Origin: Nageia nagi | Taxonomy: Eukaryota > Plantae > Pinophyta | Length of the DNA: 64,000 nt | Assembly (NCBI GenBank): GCA_050084985.1 | Contig: JBITNC010000002.1 | Span: forward strand, 17,670,001-17,734,000 | Direction of reading: 5' to 3' | Shown: positions 38,260 to 51,590 of the stretch, piece by piece | Position numbering within the stretch: position 1 is the first letter of the stretch | Layout: each line of letters starts with the position of its first letter | Program-made: the position numbers and the translations under genes | Notes under the pieces: generated by a model | Seen by the model: the letters and a program-made list of their open reading frames with translations, nothing else | Databases searched by the model: none | What the model was told of the DNA's origin: nothing

Positions 38260-38335
38260 TGCAATCCAAGGCTATGGAAGGTGATCCTTACGGCTGGTAC
38301 GGTGGGGTTTCGGATCGAGACGGCTAGGGTTTAAA
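38260..38335 (-). promoter_or_regulatory. Candidate ADNT1 proximal promoter: telo-box (AAACCCTA on minus, 38325-38332) and repeated GATC-N3-ACGGCT motifs
   Basis: CpG-containing island ending abruptly at AT-rich DNA ~500 bp upstream of the ATG. GATCCTTACGGCT at 38283 and GATCGAGACGGCT at 38313. Confidence 0.5.
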
Positions 38336-41300
38336 TTCAACTCTGCCTTTCGCTTTAGGGGTTTAATTATACAAGATTTTATAATTTCTTTATTTTATTA
38401 TTTTAAGGTATAGAAAATTATTACAAACACTTTTCATCTATAGTTAAGGAAGATGTTTATCACATAAGAAAATCTTTGTACTAGTTTTGATATAACCTCT
38501 TATATATCTAAAAAATATTAAGAGATATTGTTTCAAAATCTATTTTTTATTAAATTATTTGTAATCTCCTATTCGAATTATCTAATATGAGAATTATTTT
38601 TGTTTTATATGAGTAAATAAATTTATATTTTTTATTTATATAGTTATGTAGATATATTTTTTATTAGTCGATAATTTTTTTTAATTATTTTTTTAAATAT
38701 AGTTGATATATTGTTGATGAACACACATGCAACATTTGGCTCTCCAGTTCTTCATGCTGCAGCTGTAGTTATAGCTCTCTGCATAATAATAGTTAGCAGA
38801 TGTTCATGGGCTTAATTATCATAACGTTACTATTTTATTTGTCAAATAGTTAGACTTGTATAAAGGATAGCAAAGGTGAATAAAATTAAAAATAAGTTTC
38901 TTTCCAATATTTTTTTTAAATTTTAGTGGTTTCTAATATTTATTAAAGTGTGTTTAAAAGTAAAAATATATTAAGTAAGTATTTGAAAGATTATTTTTCA
39001 TATTATTAAGTTGTGTAAAAAAATCATCAAGTTTGTTTTGGTTATCTTGGTTTAAGAATTCATTGATTAAGTTGTAGTTAAAGAATTTAAAGTGTTGCAG
39101 TCAAATTTGAAGTAGTTGTGATTAAACAAAGAGCTAGTTGCGATCAAACTAAGTCAATGTACAAAAGAATGAAGTTGTCATGATTAGGAACACTCCACAA
39201 TTTAGACTGCCACATTTTGAGATTGATGGCATTAGCAGGAGGCCTCATCGTGATGAGGGAAAGGCAAAAAGTGCAATGTCATACGTTAGAGTTGATGATG
39301 TTAGCATGTAAATTATCGTAATGTAATAAGGAGGTAATAACGTAATATCGAAACTTTGTATGGATGACATCAACAAAGATGTCATAGTGCAGCATAGGGA
39401 AAACAAGCAGAACACCGCACTTTAGAGAGGTAATGTCACCAACAAGATAGTCGAAGTATGGCACAGTAAGAAATGAGTTAAGTTATGTGTGATAAGATAA
39501 ATGATGTAAACATAAGCTCAATGAAAATCCAATATGGCATTGAATGTGTATTGTACCTTTCTAAGGTTTATCCAATTTCTTAATTTCGCATTCATTCACA
39601 AATTAGGGTATCAACGTAAATGCTCATTAAGCATCCAAACATGCACTCAAAACTAAAATATAATAGCAGCAACCAAATCTAATATAAAGCTTATACAGTA
39701 TGTGAATATGCTCAAACTAGAGCACAAATTACAGGTATGTTATACCACATCAATATGCCTCCAAAACACTATAATTTGCACATATTCACATGTATAATCA
39801 ATGTCAATATTACAACAATAAATAGAGAACATTCATCCATATTTGAGATGCAATATGAGAGTTAATATCATGTATAATCAATAAGGAATAAGTATAGGGT
39901 TGTAAAAAGTTTGTAACAAGTTTTAGAGCAAAGGCCAGGACTTGAATATGCTCAACCAAGACTCCTAAATATTGGCGTAAGACCCAAGAAGGCTCCCAAT
40001 CTTGACAAGTCTCAAGATGGTTCCCAATGGCTAATGTAAGCTTCCAAGTGGCAAAGATCTATGGCATAAGTCTCTAGATAGCTCCTTAATGTTGATGCAA
40101 GCTCTCTAAGTGAATATGAAAGTAGATGTGCCACTTCTAGGATAAGGAGAAGCCTTAGTCCCTAAGAGGTAGAGAGGGGAGCATCCCCAAATTTCAAATG
40201 ATCCAAGATCAAATGCATAATGACAATGCTTCAAGTGGACACAATCAATGCTTATATAGATCTCCAAACTTTCAAATATGTCCCCCAAAAGGCAACTGAC
40301 TAGGAGGAGAGGAACAATAAAATATTGAATAGCTCCCAACCTTCCTAGCATGGTCGACTTGGCACATGGGTGATAGATCATCATAATGGCCTTTTTAATT
40401 GGCCCAATTAAACATATAATTTGTCCTTATTGAGTGTTTACCTTTGAGGCACAAATATAAATATGATAAATACATAATTTAATAAATAAAATACACCTAA
40501 TCAAAATACTAAAAATCGTAATGAATAAGCATGAGCGATGGCATCTAGATGTCCCAAATTGGGGATATTACAAGTCATCCCTCCTCAAATTGCTTTTCGT
40601 CAAGCAATTCCAAACTCATATTAAAGCGATGCTTGTCTTCTTGCTTTATCTTCAAGTGTACCAAGCTGCCCAAGTTTCCTAAGTGGTTCTTGATTCCATG
40701 ACTATACTCTAAATGTACTTGCAAACTATCCAAATAATCCTCACAATAATCCCTTGATAATGTCAAGAAAATGCAATCATGGAGGTGGTTATCCCAAGGT
40801 GTGGAGGCAAGAAATATTGTTGATAATGCATTTTTTTCAACCTACAATTATGTACCTTGCTTCCAAAATGATCCCATTGCCTTGTTATCCCAAGATCGTG
40901 AAGAATCATAACTGATAGGGTGTTGACCTAACTTATCTTAGAGGTTGCTATGTTGTCCAAGTACTTCTCAAATGCTACCCCTTTATTGAAACTTGATCAT
41001 ATATTCTTGGTGCAAACTGTATTATGAATAAATAAATCAATAGTGGATTGATTTTTGAGTCAATAAACTTTGTCTCTTTATACAAGGTGATCTTCAAACC
41101 AATTCTTTCAAGATTATCCTACACTAAACTATATTTGATCATGCTAAGGTTGTAGAGGATAGATTAAAACATTGTTTGGCATTTCATATCTTATTTGACA
41201 ACATCAAAATTCATACATGTTATCATATGAAGTACCATTAAGTAAGCCTTCCCTTGTTGTATTTCTCCCATTGGCTGAAATGGTAGGGACTATTTTTTTC

Positions 41301-41696
41301 CTTTTAACATGTCATAAACTCCATCAAACAACATGTAGATCATATCTCTAAGTGTTCAAAAATTGGTGTTCATATATATGAGTCTCAAAATGTATTTATT
41401 TATCACTCGTCATCATGGTCAACCAAAGAAATGAAATGGAATCAAGAATAACAAGGATTTATATACCTTATGTATAGTCACTCAAAATGTGAATACATGT
41501 AAATCTTCAAAGGACCTCTTGCTAACATGTCTGATACTTCTTTGAAGGTGGCAAAATAGTTTATTTTTATCTTCAATATGTGCTCTTTATCCCTCATAGG
41601 ACTATCAGAAAATTAAGAGATGATATTTTGGTTGTCTCTTGTAATTGGAAAAGGTTTTTGACCATCTTTCACCTTGTAGACATTGTTGCAATTTTT

Positions 41697-42150
41697 TGAG
41701 AGAATTAGCACTACTCTAATCCTCAAGGTCCAAGACTAGGAAGCTCAATCATACAACATTCACAAAAGATAACACAAGTGTAATGTGGTTCCTCCCTCCT
41801 TGGGAGTACATCCACAACTAGTATCTCAATTCTCAAGTATGCCCCTCTTACAACTATTCTCTTCCTCTCTCTCCTACACAAGCTAGTAGAGTAATCTTAC
41901 TCCAAAACTTAGATATGTTACAAGAGGAGAGGCCCTCTATTTATAGCTTGAGAGCGCCTCCCTAACCTCCCTTTAACCCAAGGGTAAGGTTAGGGTTACA
42001 ATAAATGTGTGACCTAACTTTAACCTACCAACTAACCCCATGGTTAGGTCAAAGTCCACACATAATAAAGAATTCAATTAATCCCTTAAGGTATATACAT
42101 ATCCTTTAAGTGATTAATTGAACTTACAAGGAGTTTAGATATTCACAATA
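41697..42150 (-). mobile_element. Probable solo LTR related to the copia LTR family
   Basis: Shares GTGGTTCCTCC..GGAGTACATCCAC, TCTATTTATA and the TGAGAGA end with the copia LTRs. Ends approximate. Confidence 0.6.
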
Positions 42151-43528
42151 TTTCATTACAAATTCTAACATTTTTGAGAGTACTATTGCCCCTATTGTTT
42201 GTTGTTGGAAGCAAATTCTGGGAAATATGCTTCACCTTTTTGTACCCCAAACCAGGTTGAGATTTAAAGGATGAAAACATGTTCAATAAAAATTTATGAA
42301 ACCCAACTAAGTTTCCCTTCCATGTGACATAAGAATTTGGACTATTTTTTGGTACCAAAGGTTGCCTTTGAATGTTGTCATGGTTGAGATTGTCATTATT
42401 GATCTTATCTTGGGTGAATTTTACACCTCCTAAGAAGCCCTTATGAATAATTTCTAATCTAGTCAAGGTTGTTAATGGATGAGTGGCACGGATACCCTTC
42501 AATGTAACCTTAATCCCTTGTTCAAAGAAGCTCATCTCTAACTTCCGGTAGTTGAAAGTGACATCTTTTAATTGGTACAACCATTGGACTCCAAATATAA
42601 TGCGAGGGAATCCATCCATGGGATAAACATAAAAATTAGTTACAATGATGTAGTTTTCAATGGTGAATCTAAGATATTTGACCATCCACTTGCACCTAGT
42701 TTGGTATCCCTAGTGTTGGTGACTCCAAATTCTTGAGTTTCAATTCTTTCTAAGTTTTCTCTAAGGATAAATGCTTCATCAATAAAATTATTGGTGGCTT
42801 TATTGTCTACTAAGGTAATGATAGATTCTCCCATAAGGTGTCCTTCTAGTTTGAGAGTAGGGTATTTGATAGGTTTAATCAAGGGTTTAATAAGTTCTCT
42901 AAGATTCCTTTTGATTCTTTTTAAGGGTAAGTGAGGGGTGTATCTTGTAGCTAATATTTTCCCATATATGTAAGGCCTAGTAGTCATCCTAAGCTTCTTG
43001 AGAATTCTTGGTGGGGTTTCATCATTTCTAAGCAAGGTGTTGAAGTACTTTTTTTTTTAAAGAATTGAAGAATCTGAAGAGGAACTGAAAGTAAATGGAT
43101 TCAAATATGTACCTTCTTCTTAGATTCCCCTTAGCGTTAGAGTCCATCTTTATTCCAATGGCCTCCTTTTAACCTCTTATGGTCCCATGTTTGAGGTTGC
43201 CTCTTTTTGGGTACTCTATGTGCTTTCCTCCAATATCTTAATGGGAAGTATTTTGGTTCTTATCCTCCTTGATTTCTTGAAGCATGATTTCACAGCCTCC
43301 ATGCTTAAAATTGAATTTCAAGGTTGAGTGGTTGGTGGTGCATTCTCGCAAGGGTACCAACCATTGTACCCCTAAGATAACATGAGGTGAATCACCCAAA
43401 GGGAAGATGAAGAAATCACCACATCAATATGCCTTCAAAACACTATAATATGTAAATATTCTCATGCATAATCAATGATAATATTACAATAGTAACTAGA
43501 GAACATTCATCCATATTTAAGATGCAAT

Positions 43529-46500
43529 TGGGAGAGTTGAACTATACACTAAACTCCCAAGATCACATGAAAGCTCATACTAACATTAAGATAACTTAAG
43601 AAGAAAATCTCACAAAATGACACAAGATGTAAGTGGTTCCTCCAACTAGGAGTACATCCACTAACTATATCTCACTTCATTCATAAACATGAATCTCTTA
43701 TAATTCTACTAACTCATCTCCTAAACACTATTCTATATCATAGCTTTACTTCACAAATTGGTGTATGATCCAAAGAGGGATACTTCTATTTATAAGTCAA
43801 AATCCCTCTTTGGATCACCCTTTTACCCAATGTACAAAAGCATGATATGCACATCCTTTTACCCAAGGGGCATGCTCATGACATGGAGTGTAGGACAAGT
43901 TACATTATCATATTCACTTAAATACTTAAAGTATCAAATGATACCCTTAAGTATTAGTGAACTTACATAGAATATTATTACCAAACCTTTACAATAATGC
44001 ATTATACATTCCAACACTCCACCTTAATGCAATATTGAGATAGAGTGAATAAGAGAGAAGAACAAGAGAAAGTAAGAGAGTTCTCCTCCAAATAGATACA
44101 ATTAGAGATGAGAACTTTTTACCTATTTATGAAGTAAGCAAGATCTAGTTTAAGACACACTCTTTTGCCAAATACAATCATTAACCATAATCAATTTTGA
44201 TGTACATGAAGTAGTCATCCAATTAAAAGTCATGAAGAGTCTCCAAGAGCCTGCATACCCAAAGTAAGTAACTTGCAATCTCAAAGGAACCTGCAAGTCA
44301 TAAGTAGCTCAAATAAAAAGATTAGTTAGATGTAACATATTCATATCAACAAGGATAGATGAATCACACAAATGCCATCATGAACTGATCAATGGTGCAC
44401 TATAATTCATCATAAAGATGCCAAGCCAAAACTCATAGTCACTTACTATGTATAAAACATGTATTGATTATCATTACAAAATAGAGCATGCACATACAAG
44501 TTTCTCACATATGGATAATTGAATAGTGTCAAAAAACACATAAGAGTTCTTCACATATGGATAACTAAATAGTGCTAAATTGGCCAATCTTTTTACTTTA
44601 AAAATTTGTACAATAAGTTCCTCACACAGAGTGAACTTACCATGAAGGTGTACAACAAAATCAACACTATATAGCACAAAATTCTCTTAAGGGTGAAGTT
44701 GTCATCATAAACATGAATTCAATATAAGAATTCAAACTTCACTCCCCTTTGAGGGTAACTTTACCAACTCGATAGCATCTTTAAGCTTATAGAACTGAGC
44801 TTCTAAGAGGGGCTTGGTGAATAAATCAATAGAGTTCAAAGTGGATGGACAATACTCCAAGTGTATGATGCCATCAAGAACCTTCTCCATGATAAAATGG
44901 ATATGGATTTCCACATGTTTTATTCTCTGATAGAACACAAGATTCTTAGCTAAAGAAATAGTTAACTAATTATCTAAAAAATCAAAGATGAGCCACCTTG
45001 CTTATACCTAATTTCTTTCAAAATATGCCTTAGCCAAATGGCTTCCTAAGCTACAATAAACATGGCATGGTATTCAATTTCTATCATGGAAAGATAAACA
45101 GTAGGCTACTTCTTGAAAGCCCAAGAGATAGCACTTGAACCAATGCTAATAACATATGCAAAGGTTGATTTCCTATCATCTCTATCTCCCCCATAGTTAG
45201 AATTTGAGAATGCAAAGAGAACAAATGAAGGTAACTTAGAATACTTGAGAGCAAAATCCTTATTCTTTGCAACATATCTCAAGATTTGTTTAACAACATT
45301 AAGATGCTCAACATATGGTTTTTGCATGAATCGAGCCATTAGATTCGCTATAAAGGCAATATCTAGCTTGAAAATAATTAAATACAAAAGATTACCAATT
45401 AATTAGTTGTAAGTGATAACATCAGCCAACTAAGAGTTGGAGCTCAAAGAAATAGTGATTCTAGAAGAAATTGAGATTGTAGCATATCTACACTCCTCCA
45501 TTTCAAACTTCTACAAGATGTCTAATATATACTTAGATTGACTAAGATAAGTATAAACCTTATATTGATACACTTGCATTCCATGATAGTAGTGCAAGAG
45601 ACCAAGATCATTCATTTCAAATATTGCCTTAAGTTTGTATATGCACTCTTGAATAATTTTTTCATTATTTCTAGTTATTAGAAGATCATCCACATAAAGA
45701 AGAATCAAGACCATATCTTTTCTTTGATTGAGCACATGTAGATCACAGTCAGAAAAACACTTGGAGAATCTAATATCTGCAAAGTATCCTGAAATCTTCC
45801 TATACTAGGCTCTATATGCTTACTTAAGTTCATATAATGACTTCTTTAGCTTACACACAAAGGATTCTTTGGCTTCCACAATAAACCTTTCTAGTTTATT
45901 CATGAAGATTTCCACATCTAAGTCACCATTGAGAAATGCACTCTTGATGTCAAGTTGAAAAAATTTCCATCCTTGAGTTGTAGAAAGAGCAAAGATAATT
46001 CTCACAGTAGGAATCTTTACCATGAGAGCAAAGGTTTCTTCATAATTTACATCGTATTTTTGAGCAAAACCTTTGGCTACTAACCTTGCCTTGTATTTCT
46101 CAATATCCCTAATAGAATTATACTTGACCTTGTAGATCCACTTATTGCTAATCACATTCTTCTTATTGGGATAAAGAATAAAGTTTCAAATTTCATTTTT
46201 CATAAGCACCTCATACTCCACTTTCATGGCTTCCATCCAACACTCATGTTTAGAAGCTTCTTTGAAGGTTGAGGGCTCATGCTTGTTATCAATCTTGGTA
46301 AATAAGGATTTATTCAAGGTCATGCTCTTTATTACCCTTTGTGTTAGAGAATTTTACTTCTAATGTGACTTGAATATATTAATATCCAACCAGCTAGGTG
46401 TAATAGAAGAGTCCTCTGGATCATCAACATCCTCATTAGAAGTAGATTCTTCAAGAAGTTCATTGAACTTTACATCCCTTAAAATAAACACAGCTTTGTA

Positions 46501-49500
46501 GGATAGAGAGTAGAGCCTATAGCCTCTATGCTGACTATCATAGTGCACAAAGATGCATTTTTTAACTCTTTTGTCTAACTTTTTCTTTTTATCAAAAATA
46601 ATGTAGGAGAATGCTTCACAACTAAACATCCTAAGGTGAGAAATGTTAGGTTTTCTTCCTGAACATTTCTCAAAAGTTTTTTTACCTTGAATGGCTTTTG
46701 TGGGACACCTATTCAAGGTGTAAATAATAGTGCTCATAGCTTCACCCCATAATAAAGTAGTAAGATTACCTAGCATGCATTTAGCCATCTCCATAATTAT
46801 CCTATTTTTCCTTTCGATAACACCATTATGCTGAGGAATGTAAATGTTGAGGAATGTAAAGAATCATAAATTACCTTTTAATTTCATACTTAGCATAATA
46901 TTCATTGAACTCACTGCTATTATATTCTTTCCTATTATCTGATATCAACATCTTTATTTTAAGGTTAGTTTGATTCTCAATAAAAGCCTCAAAAACCTTA
47001 AAACTCTTAAAGGTTTGATCCTTGTGCTCAATTAGATACCCAAAGGTCATTTTACTAAAATCATCAATGAAGTTCAAGACATAAGATGCTCCTTCAAGCG
47101 AATTTTCACCATTTGGATCATCAAACTTAAAGGCTCCAGTCCGCTTATCCTCACCTCATGGCTCCCTAAACAAGTCATGTTGCGAAATATACATGTAGAT
47201 GTGTTCATTTTAGGGAGTTACCCATTTCAATGTTTGTGTTTTTATTTGCATAAGTAAATAAATCAAAAAATGAAACATGAAGTAAAAGAGCATAAGTAAA
47301 ACATCATCCATTAAAAAAAAAATTGAAACCTACGTGTCCAATGGGTTTTATTTACCAACCCTTAAAGGACATCATTACATCAATCCTAATTTTGCACAAG
47401 TCCATTCTTGCATAAGGAAGCAGATTGCAACATAACTTAAGATTTTAAGTAATATGCATCCATTATTTGAAAAAAAATTAAAAATGAAAAAAATCTTAAG
47501 CATCTAACTTAAAAATTTAAGTCCTTAAGCATGCATCACCAAAAAATTAAGTTCTAAGCATGTATCATTAACTTAAACATTTAAATACTAAACATGCATA
47601 ATTTAAACATAAGCATGCATTAAATTTTAAGTAGTAAGCATTAACTTAAAATTATGCAAGCAACATGCATTAAACTTTAAGTAAAAAATTCATACAAATT
47701 CCCCTTTTTTAATTAAAATTATACCCTAAAGATAGCATACTTAGCTTAACTTAATACTTTATCATTAAAAATATTTTGCATGCTAAAAAAAAATTCTAAG
47801 TATACATCCATTCTAATTTTAAGTAAATACACTATATTTTCCCTTAATATAATTAAAGAAGTAAGATTCCCCCCTTTTACTTAAAATTGATCTTAAGGCA
47901 ATAGTATGCTTAGTTAATATGAGAAGTGTTAAGTTTATTCTTTAGACATTTTACCTAAAAAACATTTCTCCAAGTAGACAAAATAAATAAATAAATAAGC
48001 CATCATAATCTCTGCACAAAATTAAATGAAGGGAGAAGCCTATACTCCATTTTATGCATTTAATGTGTCAAAGAAAATGTACACTCTACCCAAATGCACT
48101 AAGTTTATCAAATTTAATGCTATTTGAGTTCTTTATTCCATGCATCTATTTAATTAAAGTAAGTCATGATGAGAATTAAAAAATGCTTGCTTGTAAGAAG
48201 GTAAAAAAAATTACTTCATCAAGAAATAAAATAGGTTTGAATGGGCCTCAAGCGAGGGACGAGTGAGTGATGGGCAGCGAAAGAGTGCTCTTGAGGAGCA
48301 ACAGACCTTCCACACAGGTCGAGAAACAATATTTTGCAATTGCTATTTTCAATTTGGCAGCTAGGTTAGATAAAAAAATTGTATGACTTTGTGAAAAAAA
48401 AATGTAAAAGAAACAAAGGGTTTAGATGATATTGAACATGCCTCTCTCCTGTTTTTTTTGCATATAATAAAATAGGTATATATATATATATTTTAAAAAG
48501 TTTTGTTCTTTTTTTTTTTTTAAATCAAACTTTGTAAATAGTAAATAAACTTCATTTTTTTACAACATTTTATTTACAAAGTTATTGAAAAAAAAGTAAT
48601 ATTGACTATACATGAAATAGCAAATATAATATGTTAATTTTAATCTTTTAAAAAATTGCTTGATAATTAACAGAAAAAGGTTAGTAAAATAATGTATAAC
48701 AATTATACATTATTATATTGAGTTGATTTCTTCAAACAAATGTAACTAACAAAAAATATTATTATATACAAATTACATATTTTGCCTAATGTATTATTGC
48801 CCAATCACTAACATAAAAGATAGTTAGTTGAACAAAAAATGAGTAATAATATATTATGTTATTGAGTCAATGTTTGCTAAGAATTGAACTAACATGACCA
48901 TAAAAGAATGTTAGTATCAAAATGAACAAAAAAAGGATAGGGGGTTATAACTATAAATTGTTTTACCTCGAACAATAAGAGTAAACCTTCAAAGATGATG
49001 AATAAGGATGAAGAACCTTAAAAATTGTTGAAGAAGAGCTTCCACACCAAGGATGTGAAGAGGAGCTACTAAGGAGCTCTGATACCAAATGAGAGAGTTG
49101 AGCTATAAACCAAACAACTCTAAACTCCCAAGATCATATGAAAGCTCATACTAACATCAAGATAACTTAAGTATACAATCTTATAAAGTGACATAAGATG
49201 TAAGTGGTTCCTCCAACTAGGAGTACATCCACTAACTAGATCTCATTTCATTCACAAAAATGAATCTCTTACAATTCTTCTAACTCATTTCCTAAACACT
49301 ATCCTATAGCATAACTTTCCTCCACAAATTGGTGTATGATCTAAAGAAGGAGCCTTCTATTAATAGGATAAAATCCCTCTTTGGATCACCCTTTTACCCA
49401 ATGTACAAAAGGATGACATGCACATCCTTTTACCCAAGGGGCATGCTCATGACATGGAGTGCAGGATAAGTTACATTATCATATTCACTTAAATACTTAA

Positions 49501-49587
49501 GGTATCAAATGACACACTTAAGTATTACTGAACTTACATAGAAGATTATTACAAAACCTTTACAATAATGCATTATACATTCCAACA
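43529..49587 (-). mobile_element. Ty1/copia copy 2 (same family as copy 1): both LTRs, PBS-Met, long leader, deletion of gag/protease/5' integrase
   Basis: LTRs 43529-44016 and 49090-49587, PBS 49076-49087, INT/RT/RH ORF pieces 44732-47077 collinear with copy 1, degenerate TSD GCAAT/TCACT. Confidence 0.95.
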
Positions 49588-50591
49588 TCACTATGAGAAC
49601 CAATATCATGTATAATTAATAAATAATAAGTATAAGTTTGTAACAAGTTCTAGGGTAAATCCCAAGACTCAAATATGCTCAACCAAGACTCCAAAAGGTT
49701 GGTGCAAGATCCAAGAAGGCTCCCAAGCTTAGAAGAAGTATCGATATGTATCCCAATGGTTGGTGCAAGCTTCCTAGTGGCAAAGATGTATGGTGCAAGT
49801 CTCTACTAGATAGCTTCTTAAGGTTGGCACAAGTTTTACAAGTGAATATGAAAGTAGACATGCCACTTCTAGGCTAGGGAGTAGCCCTAGTACTTAGAAG
49901 GTGGAGCGAGTAGCATCCCTAAAATTCAAATGATCCAAGATCAAATGCAAAATGATCATGCTTCAAGTGGCTATAATCCATGCTTATATAGGTATCCAAA
50001 TTTGCAAATATGTCCCCCAAAATGTAGCCAACTAGGAGGGGAGTAACAATAAAATATTAAATAGCTCCCAACCTTCCTAGCATGGTAGACTCTACGTAGG
50101 GGTGATAGATCATCATAATGGCCTTTTTAATTTGCCCAATTAAATATATATTTTGCCCTTATTAAGCATTTCTTTTAAGGCACAAATATAAATATGATAA
50201 ATACTTAAATTGAAAAATAAAACACTCCTACTATAAACACTAAAAGTCATAATGAATAACCATAAGGGATGGCATCTAGATGTCCCAACATCAACAATGA
50301 TGTAAACATAATATGGAAATATACAACTAACATTTGAAAAGCCTTTGAACACGTGGTACGATAAGAAATTAACTAAGTATCATGCAACAAGGGTGATGAC
50401 ATCAATAATGACATAAGAATGATGCAAAAAGGCTCTATTAGACATTGCAGGACATGACACAGCACGATAAAGCATGAAAATTCATCTTGTGAGCAAGATA
50501 AGCTCTCAGGAAATCTAAAACTTACTCTATCTTGAAGATAGAGGTTTAGTAATGCTTTGAAGGGCCTGAAAATAGATTCAAACAAGTGCAA

Positions 50592-51590
50592 TAAAGGAAA
50601 CCTAGTTTGGGTATGATTCTAGTAAGGAAAATCACAAAATTGAAAAGCTAAGTTAAAGACTTAAGCAATCAATATTTGTAAGATTCACTACTAACAACAT
50701 AAAACAAGAATCTTACAAATACCTAGAAGCTAAAATTATGGATTAAATGGTCAGAAATACCTCAAACCACTTCAAGATGCCTAAATGAAGATGACAAGTC
50801 ATTCACAGTCACTCAACCACACAAAGAGAAAGAAATACACAAAGTTGCAAAGCAAACAAATTATTTTCTATTATGAGTGTTAAAATTGGCAACATATAGT
50901 ACAATAATCTTTTTTATATATTTTTTACAAATGAAAAATAAAGACCTATTTATTGAAATGAAGAAATGGAGCATAAAAGCCTTAAAGAAATATGATGCAT
51001 ATACAAAAATCTATCAACAAATTAGAGAATATGGGTGATCATGCCTTACATAAAAAGATCAATTTGTGAAAATTAAATCTTAACTAAACATCTACAAATG
51101 AGTTTAATATCAGTAGGTGAACAGGGAACGGAGTAGAAGGGCATAAAGTGACTAGGATCCATTGACATGGGGTTGTTCATGTTAAAATGAAGTCAACCTA
51201 GGAATATTCCTTCATTCTCCTCCTTAATGTGAATGGGTTGAATTCCAATTCGATTTTTGAGACTAAGGAATTGATCCTTCAATAATGCTTTGGTGAAGAT
51301 GTTCGCGAGTTGATTGTCCATGGGATAAAACTTGAATGCAAGAAAGCCATCATTCACCAAATTTCGCATAAAATGGTGTTGGATATCTATATGCTTGCTC
51401 TTGCTTTGAAACATTGAATTCTTAGTCATGGAAATGGTATTGGTGTTATCATAGTGGATGGGAATAAGTTACTGAAGTTCCATACCTAAATCCTTGAATA
51501 ATTGAGCCATCCAAATGGATTGGGTGCAAGCAAAGGAGGCAACCATATTTTCATTCTTCTACAATGGAAAGAGTAATTGTTTGTTGCATT
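50592..51590 (-). mobile_element. Copia 3' remnant of a different family: RNaseH, PPT, LTR (~50592-51214)
   Basis: KSKHIDIQHHF...NQLANIFTKAL, then ATTAAGGAGGAGAA-TGAAGG junction. Confidence 0.75.

Larger units (their letters stand above)
39744..50287 (-). mobile_element. Decayed Ty3/gypsy derivative: 3' LTR (to 40572), PPT, protease region(s), partial 5' LTR (43418-43528 + 49593-50287) split by copia copy 2
   Basis: 39744-40556 is homologous to 43418-43528 joined to 49593-50287. Pol-end LLDEKQFEEG and GAGGAGGGATGACT-TGTAATATCCCC junction. Protease ITLVDNKATNNFID. Confidence 0.8.
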
